The notes beneath the pieces were generated by a model. It was given only the letters and a program-made list of their open reading frames with translations, had not been told where the DNA came from and ran no database searches. This document shows, piece after piece, positions 1 to 8,328 of a stretch of DNA of 64,000 nucleotides. Both the position numbers and the translations under genes were made by a program. The DNA is from an uncultured delta proteobacterium (GTDB lineage: Bacteria; Myxococcota_A; Polyangia; Polyangiales; Polyangiaceae). Position 1 is the first letter of the stretch. Every line of letters begins with the position of its first letter. The stretch covers positions 1,440,001 through 1,504,000 of the forward strand of contig CAWJCS010000006.1 in assembly GCA_963841435.1 (NCBI GenBank), in the 5' to 3' direction.

Positions 1-201
1 CTCGCGCGCGGCCTTGTTGGTGAACGTCACCGCGAGGATGCGCGAGGGCGCGATGCCGCTCCGGATGAGCTCCGCGAGGCGGTACGTGATGACGCGCGTC
101 TTGCCCGTGCCGGCACCTGCGAGCACGAGCAGGGGTCCGGACAGCGTCGTGACCGCGTCGCGCTGCGCGCGGTTCAAGAGAGGAGGGCGAGCCTCTGTCA
201 T
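1..201 (-). CDS. UvrD/PcrA/Rep-family DNA helicase, N-terminal part (runs off window)
   Basis: Manual translation from ATG at 201: [43 protein letters not shown]...[13 protein letters not shown]. Contains the Q motif, Walker A and the TFTNKAA motif Ia. Not in the ORF track. Confidence 0.93.
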   Translation of the reverse strand, partial: MTEARPPLLNRAQRDAVTTLSGPLLVLAGAGTGKTRVITYRLAELIRSGIAPSRILAVTFTNKAARE

Positions 202-343
202 CGGGGGGGGCGGGAGGCTAGCAGGCGGCGAGGACCGAACGGGATACGCGAAGGGAACGCGATTCTTTTTTTTTCGAGGCGGCCAGGCGGCCCGTGGACT
301 TTGGGTCTTGTCGCGCGGGGCTTGCGTCTCTACCTGTACGCCG

Positions 344-1105
344 TTGCCGTTTTTGCACGTGGAAGTGAAGGGCGTCGGTCGTTCGGTCGTTTTCTGTCAC
401 GGCTTCGGCGGGAGCGCTCGCAACTTCCGCCCGCAGCTTCGGGCGCTCTCCGACCATTACCGCGTCGTCGCGTACGACACGCGTGGCCACGCGCGCAGCG
501 CCGCGCCCACCCTGCCGGAAGACTACGACTTCGAGCGGCTGGTCGACGATTTCGAGCGCGTGGCCGAAACCGAAGACGGGAGCCCGGTCGTTGCCGCGGG
601 CCTCAGCCTGGGTGCCGTGACGGCGCTCGCGTTCGCGGTCCGGTGGCCGGAGCGGGTTCACGCGCTCGTGCTCGCGTCGCTGCCGGGCGCGGCGACCGCG
701 CGCGGCCCTTGGGCAGCCGCCTTTGCGGACGCCATCGAGGCGGAAGGGCTCGAGGCGGCCGGCGCCCGCTTCGTCTGGGGAGCGCGCTCGCGTTTCGATC
801 CCGCAGGCGCGGCGCTCATCAAGCGCGGCCTGATGGAGCACCCGCCGCACGCGCTCGTGGCGATCCTGCGGCGCGCGCTCGCCGCGCTGCCGTCCGTGCC
901 GGGCCTCGCCGCCGACGTCGCGTGCCCCGTGCTCGTCATCAGTGGCGGCGAGGACACGGCGGCGCTCGCCGAGGTCGAGGAGGTGCTCGCCGTGGCGCCG
1001 CACGTCGAGCAGGTGACGATCCCGAACGCGGGCCACGTGGTGAATCTCGCGGCGCCGGAGGCGTTCAATGCGCGGGTGCGGGCCTTTTTGGATGCGAATC
1101 CGTGA
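344..1105 (+). CDS. alpha/beta-fold hydrolase (MenH/PcaD-like)
   Basis: [14 protein letters not shown], nucleophile GLSLG, GGED and GHVVN motifs. The TTG start at 344 is a guess. Confidence 0.85.
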   Translation: MPFLHVEVKGVGRSVVFCHGFGGSARNFRPQLRALSDHYRVVAYDTRGHARSAAPTLPEDYDFERLVDDFERVAETEDGSPVVAAGLSLGAVTALAFAVRWPERVHALVLASLPGAATARGPWAAAFADAIEAEGLEAAGARFVWGARSRFDPAGAALIKRGLMEHPPHALVAILRRALAALPSVPGLAADVACPVLVISGGEDTAALAEVEEVLAVAPHVEQVTIPNAGHVVNLAAPEAFNARVRAFLDANP

Positions 1106-2750
1106 GGTGGGCCGTGAGCAGGCCCGTCGCCGAGCCGCCGACCACTCGCATCTCGACGACGACCTCGGGGCCCGTGACGGAGTCCGCATCGGCCGCACAC
1201 ACGCGCGTGCTCGCGACGTTCGAGCCACGTGAAAGCGCGAGCTCCGCGCCTTCGGCCGTGACGAAACGAAGCTCCGCGCCCTCGGCGCCCGCGCCGAGCG
1301 CCAGCGTCGCCTCGAGGCAGCGTCCGTAAGGCAGCGTGAGCGTGCGCTTGGCAATCGCCTCCGACGTGAGTGGATGCTCGTACACGGCACCCACGCGCCG
1401 GGCGGAGTCGATGATGCCGCGCTCCAGCATGCGGTGCAGCAGCCGCCCTGCACCGAGCGGGTGCGCTTCGAAGAGCTTCGGGGTGCCGCGCTCCTGCCGA
1501 AGCTCCACGGCGAACGGACCGGGGCGCGCGAGCGACTCGGCGTCGAGGCGGGCTCGGCCGGCCTTGCCGCACACGAAAAGCACCGGTTTCGGGCCTTCGT
1601 CGCGCGCGAGCAGCGCGCCGTCGTCCGCGTAGACCCAGACCCTCACGCCGCGTAGCGGAACGCCGCTCACCCAGTCGAGTCGGACACAGCCGCCCGGTAG
1701 GTCGAGCGACGTGCTCAGCCGCCGGCCGAGCGGCAGCGTGCCCGAAGCGACGACGCGACCCGCAGCGTAGCCGGCGCGCGCGAGCTCGGCGGAACGAAGC
1801 CGCCGTTCGTGGTTCACGTCCTCGCTCGCGAAGATCTCGAGCTTCTCGGTGGTGCGCTCGATGTCGCCCTCGGTTCCCTCGCGCGAGCGCGACATCATCA
1901 CGACCGCGAGTCCGATGCCGCCGTGGGGGCGAAGCTCCAGCGTCACGGTGGCGGGCGCGGGCGAACAGACGACGAGCGAGCGGTCGCGCCCTACGGCGTC
2001 CGCCCGCCCGATGATGCGCCCGTCGGCGTCGAGCAGCGTGAGGTCGAGCCCGGTCACCTCGTCCGACGGGATGGCGAGCACGTCGAGGCAGCGTTCGGCG
2101 TCGATCGGCGCAGAAAGCCGCGTCGGCGTGCGGGCGTCGAGCGGCACGGCGACGCGCCTGAGGTCGACCCACTCGCCGCCGACGAGCCGCCGGTGCTCGT
2201 CGATGCGCTCGTCGAGGCCCGGCCACACCGTCATGCGCCGAGCGAGCTCGCCGGGGCGATAGCGAGCGCCGTAGGCCTTCGCGACGCGCTCGGCGTCCCG
2301 CAGGAGCACGCGCTCGGCGCCGACGGCGACGAGGCCGTGGCCGGCCGCGATGCGCGCCATCAGCATGACGCGGCGCGGATGCGGCGGGCAGATGAGTAGC
2401 GACGGCGTCTTGTCGGAGCCCTCGTCGGAACCGAGCACGGCCCCGTCCTCGCCGTAGGCGAAGAGATCGACGTCGTCCACCGTCGAGGTGGCACGCGCGA
2501 TCGCGATCGCGCAGTCACCTTCGGGCACCTCGAGCAGGCTCGTCACGCGGTCACCCGCGACGCCGCCTTCGACGGCCAGCACCTCGGCGCCTCGCTTTGC
2601 CTCCGGGGAGAGCCAAGCGCTTTCGTTCGGCTTGCCGGGCAGCTTGCCGAAGCGGCCGGCCTTTTCCGTTTCCGCCGGGGGGCCCTGGCGGGAGCAGCCG
2701 AGCAAGAGCGTGAGCCCGAAAAGCTTCGCGAGCAGCGCGCCCCGGGTCAT
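1065..2750 (-). CDS. Hypothetical lipoprotein with four repeats of a two-Cys beta-rich domain
   Basis: Lipobox LLLG-C after MTRGALLAK. Four repeats of the form C...D.DL...DG..L..D...C. The ATG overlaps the upstream stop (ATGA). Confidence 0.75.
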   Translation of the reverse strand: MTRGALLAKLFGLTLLLGCSRQGPPAETEKAGRFGKLPGKPNESAWLSPEAKRGAEVLAVEGGVAGDRVTSLLEVPEGDCAIAIARATSTVDDVDLFAYGEDGAVLGSDEGSDKTPSLLICPPHPRRVMLMARIAAGHGLVAVGAERVLLRDAERVAKAYGARYRPGELARRMTVWPGLDERIDEHRRLVGGEWVDLRRVAVPLDARTPTRLSAPIDAERCLDVLAIPSDEVTGLDLTLLDADGRIIGRADAVGRDRSLVVCSPAPATVTLELRPHGGIGLAVVMMSRSREGTEGDIERTTEKLEIFASEDVNHERRLRSAELARAGYAAGRVVASGTLPLGRRLSTSLDLPGGCVRLDWVSGVPLRGVRVWVYADDGALLARDEGPKPVLFVCGKAGRARLDAESLARPGPFAVELRQERGTPKLFEAHPLGAGRLLHRMLERGIIDSARRVGAVYEHPLTSEAIAKRTLTLPYGRCLEATLALGAGAEGAELRFVTAEGAELALSRGSNVASTRVCAADADSVTGPEVVVEMRVVGGSATGLLTAHLTDSHPKRPAPAH

Positions 2751-3973
2751 TCGTCCTCCACGCCGGGGCGCAGGCGGCCCGATTGGAAGACGGCCGCCAT
2801 CCAGACGAGCCCGAGCCCGCGCGCGTCGATCTCGAGCAGGGCGCGGTCTTCCGGCCCGGCGCAGAACCCCAGCGCAGAGCCCGCGACGTCGCCGCGCAGT
2901 GGGCTCTCGACGTCGCCACGAGCGGTGCGGGCCGCGAGCGACAGCGCCGAAGCCTCGCCGCGCAGACCGACGACGAGCGCCACGTAGCACGCGAAGGGCT
3001 CGACCTCGATGCCCATCTGCGTATCGCCCTGTACCCCGAGCGACTCGTCGGCGAGGCGCGCGCCAGCGAGCGGAATGTGCTGGTCTCGGACGAGCGCGCT
3101 CATCTTGGCTCGCACGTCGGCGGCCCAGCGCCTGGGCAGCGCCGGCTCGAGGTCCCAGCGAGCGCGCAACAGCTCGAGTCGAGAGAACGGCGCCGCGCCG
3201 GCGAACCTGAGGCTCACGGGCAGCGGCGTGCCGACGCAAAGGAGCGCGCCCGCGTCGCTGCTTTCACCGTGGTCCTGGCCCAAAAGCTCGCCCGTGTCGG
3301 TGCGCGTGAGCTCGAGATCGACGTCGGCCGTGCGCTCGCCCGCGTCGTCGCTCAAGAGGTCGAAGCGATGACACCCCGGGCCGAGCGTCAGAACGGTCGT
3401 TCCCATGCCGAAGGCCGAGGCCGCGACGTCTTGCCGCGCGAGCTCGATGGCGCCCTCTCGAGCGGCTCGTGCCTCGATGGCGCGGAGCCTGAGGGCGAGC
3501 GGAAGCATCCCTGGGCGCGGTCCGAGCCCGGCCGTCGGCGCGATGGGCCCCGGGTCACGGTTCGGCAGCACGGTGGTGAGCGCCGGAACTGGCTTGTCCG
3601 ACGAGACGATGATGGTCTCGATCACGGCGCGCGGCGAACGCATCTGGATGGCGAGCAGGGCGAGTCGGGCCTTGTCCTTGCCGCAGCGTGAGAGCTCGAG
3701 CGCGCCCGCGAGGCTTCCTTCGGGCGTGTCGTCGTCGTGCGTGGCCAGCGCGGGCGCATCCAGGAGAAAATAAGTGCCGCTCGTGCCGAGCAACACCACC
3801 GTCGCGCAGCCGTGGCGTGACGGCATGAGGAGCTCGGGGGGAAGCAAGAGCGGCAACGATTCGCCGCGCTCGAGCAGACGCGGCGCGAGGCGCGTCACGT
3901 GGCCGAACGCGCTGTAGGCGAGCACGACGCGCTCGACGTCGTTGCCGAGGTCGGCTCGGGCGACGCCGGCCAC
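2747..3973 (-). CDS. Hypothetical exported protein, paralogous repeat domain (x3)
   Basis: The repeat GCHRFDLL...DVDLEL...LLGQD...LLCV resembles the downstream gene. Hydrophobic residues lie just upstream of the GTG, so the start is uncertain. Confidence 0.7.
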   Translation of the reverse strand: MAGVARADLGNDVERVVLAYSAFGHVTRLAPRLLERGESLPLLLPPELLMPSRHGCATVVLLGTSGTYFLLDAPALATHDDDTPEGSLAGALELSRCGKDKARLALLAIQMRSPRAVIETIIVSSDKPVPALTTVLPNRDPGPIAPTAGLGPRPGMLPLALRLRAIEARAAREGAIELARQDVAASAFGMGTTVLTLGPGCHRFDLLSDDAGERTADVDLELTRTDTGELLGQDHGESSDAGALLCVGTPLPVSLRFAGAAPFSRLELLRARWDLEPALPRRWAADVRAKMSALVRDQHIPLAGARLADESLGVQGDTQMGIEVEPFACYVALVVGLRGEASALSLAARTARGDVESPLRGDVAGSALGFCAGPEDRALLEIDARGLGLVWMAAVFQSGRLRPGVEDE

Positions 3974-4027
3974 GAGAAGGAGCGCGGCGACGAGCCCGGC
4001 CTTGAGGCGCGTTCGACGCCACGATCG

Positions 4028-4537
4028 TCAGTCCACTCGCTCGAAAGGCGCCTCGACGAAGGCGCGTGCGCCCCCGTCCCATACGAACAATCGATGAGCC
4101 GTCACCTGGCCGGCGTCGACCGCCGTGACCAGGTAGCAAAGGTCGTGGCTCGGGTCGCCGGTGCCCCCGAGCGTCATGCTGGCGGCGTCTTCGGCGCTGA
4201 AATACGCGCCGCAGTCGAGGTGCGAATGAAAGAACACCTTCACCGGGCGCCCGCTTTCGCGCCCATCCGCGATGGCGCGTTCGAACTTGAGCGCGTTGAT
4301 CTTGAAGTACTCGCGCCCCGTGCGCGGATGCCCATCCGGATCGACGGCATGGTACTTGTTGGCGAGGTTCTCGAGCTCGACGGCGCGATCGACGGCGAGC
4401 TCGTCGTCGGCGGGGCCCTCGAGGTAGCCACACGCTTCCTCGTCGCGCGCGTACGCGGCGACTCCGGCGCGCTCGACCTCGCTGAGCACGGCCCGGGGGA
4501 TCTTCACGCCCCCGCGCATCCAGGCTGGTACCGTCAT
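4028..4537 (-). CDS. JAB/MPN+ (M67) metallopeptidase, Mec-like sulfur-carrier peptidase
   Basis: JAMM motif EEACGYL...FFHSHLDCGAYFSAED. Directly downstream of cysM-like and CysO-like genes. Confidence 0.9.
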   Translation of the reverse strand: MTVPAWMRGGVKIPRAVLSEVERAGVAAYARDEEACGYLEGPADDELAVDRAVELENLANKYHAVDPDGHPRTGREYFKINALKFERAIADGRESGRPVKVFFHSHLDCGAYFSAEDAASMTLGGTGDPSHDLCYLVTAVDAGQVTAHRLFVWDGGARAFVEAPFERVD

Positions 4538-4541
4538 CGCT

Positions 4542-5489
4542 CTACCAAGTGTAACGCCGCTCCCACTTGAGCGGCGCGAAATAGCGATCGCCGCGATCAC
4601 AGGCGATCGTGACGACGCAGCCGCCGCCCGCCTCGCGCTGAGCTCGCTCGGCGACCACCACCGCGCCCGCGACGTTGGCGCCCGTCGAGTGACCGACGTG
4701 CAGGCCCTCGAGGGCCGCGAGCTTGTCCGCCATGTCCCAGCCGTCTTCGGTCGAAACCGGCAAGATCTCGTCGGGCACGTCGCGATCGAAGATGGGTGGC
4801 ACGATGCTCGAGCCCATGTGCTTGAGGCCTTCGAGCCCGTGCAGCGCTTCGGCCGGCTCGACGGCCACGCAGTGCACGGGCCGCGCGTGCTCGTGCAGCC
4901 GGCGCGTCGTTCCCATCATGGTCCCGCTCGTCCCGAGGCCGGTGACGAAGTGCGTGATGCGGTCGCCGAGCGCATCGAGGATCTCGCCGGCCGTGCCGTG
5001 ATAGTGGGCGAGGGGATTGGAGGGGTTCGAGTATTGATCGGGATAGAAGTACTTGTCGGGGGCCTCGGACACGACTTCCTTCACGAGGCGGATGGCGCCG
5101 TCCGAGCCCTCGAGTGGGTCGCTGAAGATGAGCTCCGTGCCGAACGCTTGCGTGATGTCCTTGCGGGCTTTGGTCACGTTCTTCGGCATCACGAGCTGGA
5201 CGCGAAAACCGAGCGCCGCGCCGATCAGCGAGTACGCGACGCCCGTGTTGCCGCTCGTCGAATCGATGAGCGTCTTGTCGGGCGTGAGGCGCCCATCGGC
5301 CATGGCGTCACGCACCATCCGCAGCGCCGGTCGGTCTTTGACGCTGCCCCCGGGGTTCGCAAACTCGAGCTTGACGTAGATCTCGACGTCGGGTGCGTTG
5401 GGCGCCACTTTGGAAAGCCTGAGGAGCGGCGTGTTGCCGATCGCGTCGAGAACGGACGCGAGCCTGCGCGAACGTGCGTGGCGCCTCAC
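4542..5489 (-). CDS. cysM: PLP-dependent cysteine synthase family (CysM-like)
   Basis: IGNTPL, NPGGSVKDR (PLP Lys), STSGNTG, GLGTSGT and DRGDRY motifs. The GTG start overlaps the upstream TGA. Confidence 0.88.
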   Translation of the reverse strand: MRRHARSRRLASVLDAIGNTPLLRLSKVAPNAPDVEIYVKLEFANPGGSVKDRPALRMVRDAMADGRLTPDKTLIDSTSGNTGVAYSLIGAALGFRVQLVMPKNVTKARKDITQAFGTELIFSDPLEGSDGAIRLVKEVVSEAPDKYFYPDQYSNPSNPLAHYHGTAGEILDALGDRITHFVTGLGTSGTMMGTTRRLHEHARPVHCVAVEPAEALHGLEGLKHMGSSIVPPIFDRDVPDEILPVSTEDGWDMADKLAALEGLHVGHSTGANVAGAVVVAERAQREAGGGCVVTIACDRGDRYFAPLKWERRYTW

Positions 5490-5767
5490 GGGCCGCCCTC
5501 GAGCACGTGCCTGAGCTGCCGCAGGGCCCTCCACGCGCCCGCGGCGTCGCGACGCGGCCCTTCGTGTCGAAACACCGTGGCGTGCGCGAAAGGCAGCGGA
5601 GGCCCCGAGGCCGGCGCGATCTCGTGCACACCCGCGCGCGCGAGGTACGTCGCTTCCGTCCACGCTTCGGGCGAGGCGGCGACGCCCAAGCGCGCCGCCT
5701 CGATGCGGGCCTGTCCGTCGTCCCCGACCTCGGCCAGAAGCCGCTGCCGCGCGTAGCGATCGCCCAT
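5486..5767 (-). CDS. Mini ThiF/MoeB-like protein (93 aa) with the RYARQ segment but no P-loop
   Basis: MGDRYARQRLLAEVGDDGQARIEAARLGV...YLARAGV matches the MoeB/ThiF N-terminus. Start and stop overlap both neighbours. Confidence 0.75.
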   Translation of the reverse strand: MGDRYARQRLLAEVGDDGQARIEAARLGVAASPEAWTEATYLARAGVHEIAPASGPPLPFAHATVFRHEGPRRDAAGAWRALRQLRHVLEGGP

Positions 5768-6036
5768 CACCCGCCCGCGATGGCCGGCACGATACTGATC
5801 TCCGTTCCGGCGCCGAGCTTCGTCTCGAGGCCGTCGAGGAAGCGAACGTCCTCGTCGCCGACGTAGATGTTGACGAACCGTCTCACGCCCTTTTCGTCGA
5901 GCAGGCGATCCTTCAGCCCGGGGTGCTGCTTGTCGAGGGTATCGATGACCTCGCGCAGCGTTCCGCCGTTCACCTGGACTGCATCGTTGCCACCCGTGAG
6001 GGTGCGGAGGGGCGTCGGGATGCGTACGGTGATCAT
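5767..6036 (-). CDS. MoaD/ThiS-family ubiquitin-like sulfur carrier (CysO/SAMP type)
   Basis: MITVRIPTPLRTLTGG...RRFVNIYVGDEDVRFLDGLET...IVPAIAGG, ending in a C-terminal GG. Confidence 0.93.
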   Translation of the reverse strand: MITVRIPTPLRTLTGGNDAVQVNGGTLREVIDTLDKQHPGLKDRLLDEKGVRRFVNIYVGDEDVRFLDGLETKLGAGTEISIVPAIAGG

Positions 6037-6836
6037 GGGTGGGCTCCTTGTTCTTGGCTGGTGGCGTCGCTCGAGCAGGTTTCGGTGTAGCAAACGCCGT
6101 CGATTCGAGAAATCCTAGGGCTCTTTCCGCAGAGTGGGCAGTCGTCACGCGCCGTGAGCGGGACGGTTCGCAGCCGGTCGCGGAGGCCGTCGTAGGTGAA
6201 GAGGATGCCGTGGCGCGGCGCGCCCACGAGCACGGAAAGCGCCAGATCGGCCATGAGCGCGCCCGCGAGGCCGACCACCGGGCCCATCACGCCCGCTTCG
6301 GCGCAGCTGTCCGCCGCGCCGGCCGGCGGGAGGTCCTCGAACAGGCACCGGTAGCACGGCCGACCGTCCGCCCCGACCCCGAGCACCGTGGCGCGAAAGC
6401 GCACGGCAGCGCCGTGCACGACGGGACGGCCTGCGAGGTGGCAGGCGTCGGCGGCGAGAAACTTGGTCGCGAAATTGTCGGCGCCCTCGAGCACGACATC
6501 GTAGTCCGCGACGAGCTCACGCGCGTTGTGAGGCAGGAGGCGCGTGCGGCGCGCTTCGATGCGCTGGAACGGCCGTGCCACGCGGCCGAGGGCGTCGAGC
6601 GCGGCGTCGAGCTTGTCGCGGCCCACGTCGGCGTCGCGATAGAGGATCTGGCGGTGCAGATTGGTCTCTTCGACCCGGTCGTCGTCGGCGAGCGCGACGC
6701 GTCCGACGCCCGCTTCCACGAGCGCCAGAGCCGCCGGGCAGCCGAGGCCACCGGCGCCGATCACGAGCGCGCTCCGTTCAGCGAGCGCGGGGCTCACCGC
6801 ACCAGGCTTTGGGCGTTCAGGTTCGAAAGTATTCAT
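6033..6836 (-). CDS. moeB: HesA/MoeB/ThiF E1-like adenylyltransferase (no rhodanese domain, no N-terminal RYxRQ)
   Basis: GAGGLG, NLHRQ, GADNF, CYRC, SCAEAGV and CPLC motifs. Confidence 0.9.
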   Translation of the reverse strand: MNTFEPERPKPGAVSPALAERSALVIGAGGLGCPAALALVEAGVGRVALADDDRVEETNLHRQILYRDADVGRDKLDAALDALGRVARPFQRIEARRTRLLPHNARELVADYDVVLEGADNFATKFLAADACHLAGRPVVHGAAVRFRATVLGVGADGRPCYRCLFEDLPPAGAADSCAEAGVMGPVVGLAGALMADLALSVLVGAPRHGILFTYDGLRDRLRTVPLTARDDCPLCGKSPRISRIDGVCYTETCSSDATSQEQGAHP

Positions 6837-7791
6837 CGAGGCTGAAATAGCGTTCCCCGGTATCGCAGAGCACCGTGACGACCGTCTTTCCCTCCCCGAG
6901 CTCGGCGGCAAGGTCGAGCGCGATGGCGACGTTCGCGCCCGCGCTGATGCCGACGAGCAGGCCCTCGCGCTTCGCGAGGTCGAGCTTCGTGCGGTAGGCG
7001 CGATCGTCGGAGACGGTGCGCACCTCGTGAGGCACGCTCGCGTCGTAGTTTTTCGGCACGAAGCCCGCGGCGATGCCCTGGATTTTGGTGGGGCCGCGCT
7101 CGCCGCGCGAGATCGTCGCGCAGGATTCGGGCTCGACGGCGACGACCCGGCACGCGGGGAAGCGCTCGGAGAGAGCGCGCCCCGCGCCGCTCACCGTCCC
7201 GCCCGTGCCCACGGCAGCGACGAACGCGTCGATCGGCTCCTGCCCCATCGCGTCGAGGATCTCGCGCGCCGTATGCTGGTAGTGAACCTCCGGATTCGCG
7301 GCGTTTTCGAACTGCTGGGGCATGAAGGAAAGTGGCGTCGACGCGGCGAGCTCGCGCGCTTTCGCGATGGCGCCGTCCATCTGCCCCGCTTCGGGCGTGA
7401 GCACGACCTCGGCGCCGAAGGACTGCAAAAGCTGCCGCCGCTCGAGGCTCATGCTCTCGGGCATCGTGAGCACGCAGCGATAGCCGCGTCGCGCACACAC
7501 GAGGGCGAGGCCGATGCCCGTGTTGCCGCTCGTCGGCTCGATGACGACGCCACCCGGCGCGAGCCGCCCCTCGCGCTCCGCGCGTTCGATCATCGCGAGG
7601 CAAATGCGGTCCTTCACGGAGCCGCCGGGATTCATGGCCTCGAGCTTGCCGAGGACACGCGCGCGCGGGCGCTCGCGTCCGAGCTGTCGGATCTCGACGA
7701 GCGGCGTGTCGCCGATCAGCTCGAGCACGTTGTCGTAGACGAGCGGGTGGTCGGGGGACGCTCGATGGCGTGCTTCAGATGACGTAGACAT
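6817..7791 (-). CDS. cysK: Cysteine synthase A
   Basis: NPGGSVKDR, EPTSGNTG, MPESMSLERR, QQFENAAN, GTGGT, KIQGIAAGFVP and DTGERYFS motifs. Confidence 0.93.
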   Translation of the reverse strand: MSTSSEARHRASPDHPLVYDNVLELIGDTPLVEIRQLGRERPRARVLGKLEAMNPGGSVKDRICLAMIERAEREGRLAPGGVVIEPTSGNTGIGLALVCARRGYRCVLTMPESMSLERRQLLQSFGAEVVLTPEAGQMDGAIAKARELAASTPLSFMPQQFENAANPEVHYQHTAREILDAMGQEPIDAFVAAVGTGGTVSGAGRALSERFPACRVVAVEPESCATISRGERGPTKIQGIAAGFVPKNYDASVPHEVRTVSDDRAYRTKLDLAKREGLLVGISAGANVAIALDLAAELGEGKTVVTVLCDTGERYFSLDEYFRT

Positions 7792-8236
7792 TGCGTTGCG
7801 AAAAAGGACGGCTGAGGCCGAGCTCGCTGGCGCGAGCGCAGACATCCGCGATTGTCACGGCGTCGAAGCATGCCTCGACGCGCGCGGAAAGGTCTCGGAA
7901 GACCGATTCGGTCACCCGGCGCGAGTCGGCGAGGCCCTCGGCGCGGCGCGTGCCCGTCTCGCGGTCGCCGAGCGCGATGGGGCCCTCGAGCGCCCGCACG
8001 ACATCGCCGAGCCGCACGTCGCTGGCCCGCCGGGCGAGGCTGTAGCCGCCCTGGGGCCCACGCTTGGATCCGACGATGCCCGCGCGCTTCAGGTCCTGGA
8101 AAATCTGCTCGAGAAACCGCGGGGGGATCCCCTGGCGCTCGGCGATGTCCTTGACCTGCGTGGGACCGCCATCGTTGTAGAACGCGATGTCGAACAGCGC
8201 GCGCACGGCGTAACGACCCTTGTTCGAGAGCTTCAC
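7775..8236 (-). CDS. Rrf2-family transcriptional regulator (CymR-like; lacks the IscR triple-Cys pattern)
   Basis: KLSNKGRYAVRAL...IPPRFLEQIFQDLKRAGIVGSKRGPQGGY. First gene of the cys operon. Confidence 0.9.
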   Translation of the reverse strand: MKLSNKGRYAVRALFDIAFYNDGGPTQVKDIAERQGIPPRFLEQIFQDLKRAGIVGSKRGPQGGYSLARRASDVRLGDVVRALEGPIALGDRETGTRRAEGLADSRRVTESVFRDLSARVEACFDAVTIADVCARASELGLSRPFSQRNVYVI

Positions 8237-8253
8237 GAAGGCCTCGTCCAGGG

Positions 8254-8281
8254 AGGCTAATTGTCGCATCGGATTTGTCAA
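8254..8281 (-). promoter_or_regulatory. Putative sigma70 promoter of the Rrf2-cys operon
   Basis: Minus strand TTGACA (8281-8276), N16, TAGCCT (8259-8254), about 18 nt upstream of the GTG start. Confidence 0.55.
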
Positions 8282-8328
8282 GAACCGACCGCGGCGTCGC
8301 CCTCGAGCGGCTGCGGGGCCCCCGTACT

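Noticed and set aside
203-274. G8 and T9 homopolymer tracts as a terminator or phase-variation switch
   Set aside because: They lie between divergent genes with no convincing stem. Homopolymer lengths are also unreliable in this indel-prone sequence.
4028-6836. E1 + Ubl + JAB as an antiphage ubiquitination system (Bil/CBASS-like)
   Set aside because: There is no E2 or CD-NTase. The carrier is MoaD/CysO-like and is flanked by two cysteine synthases, so sulfur transfer explains it better.
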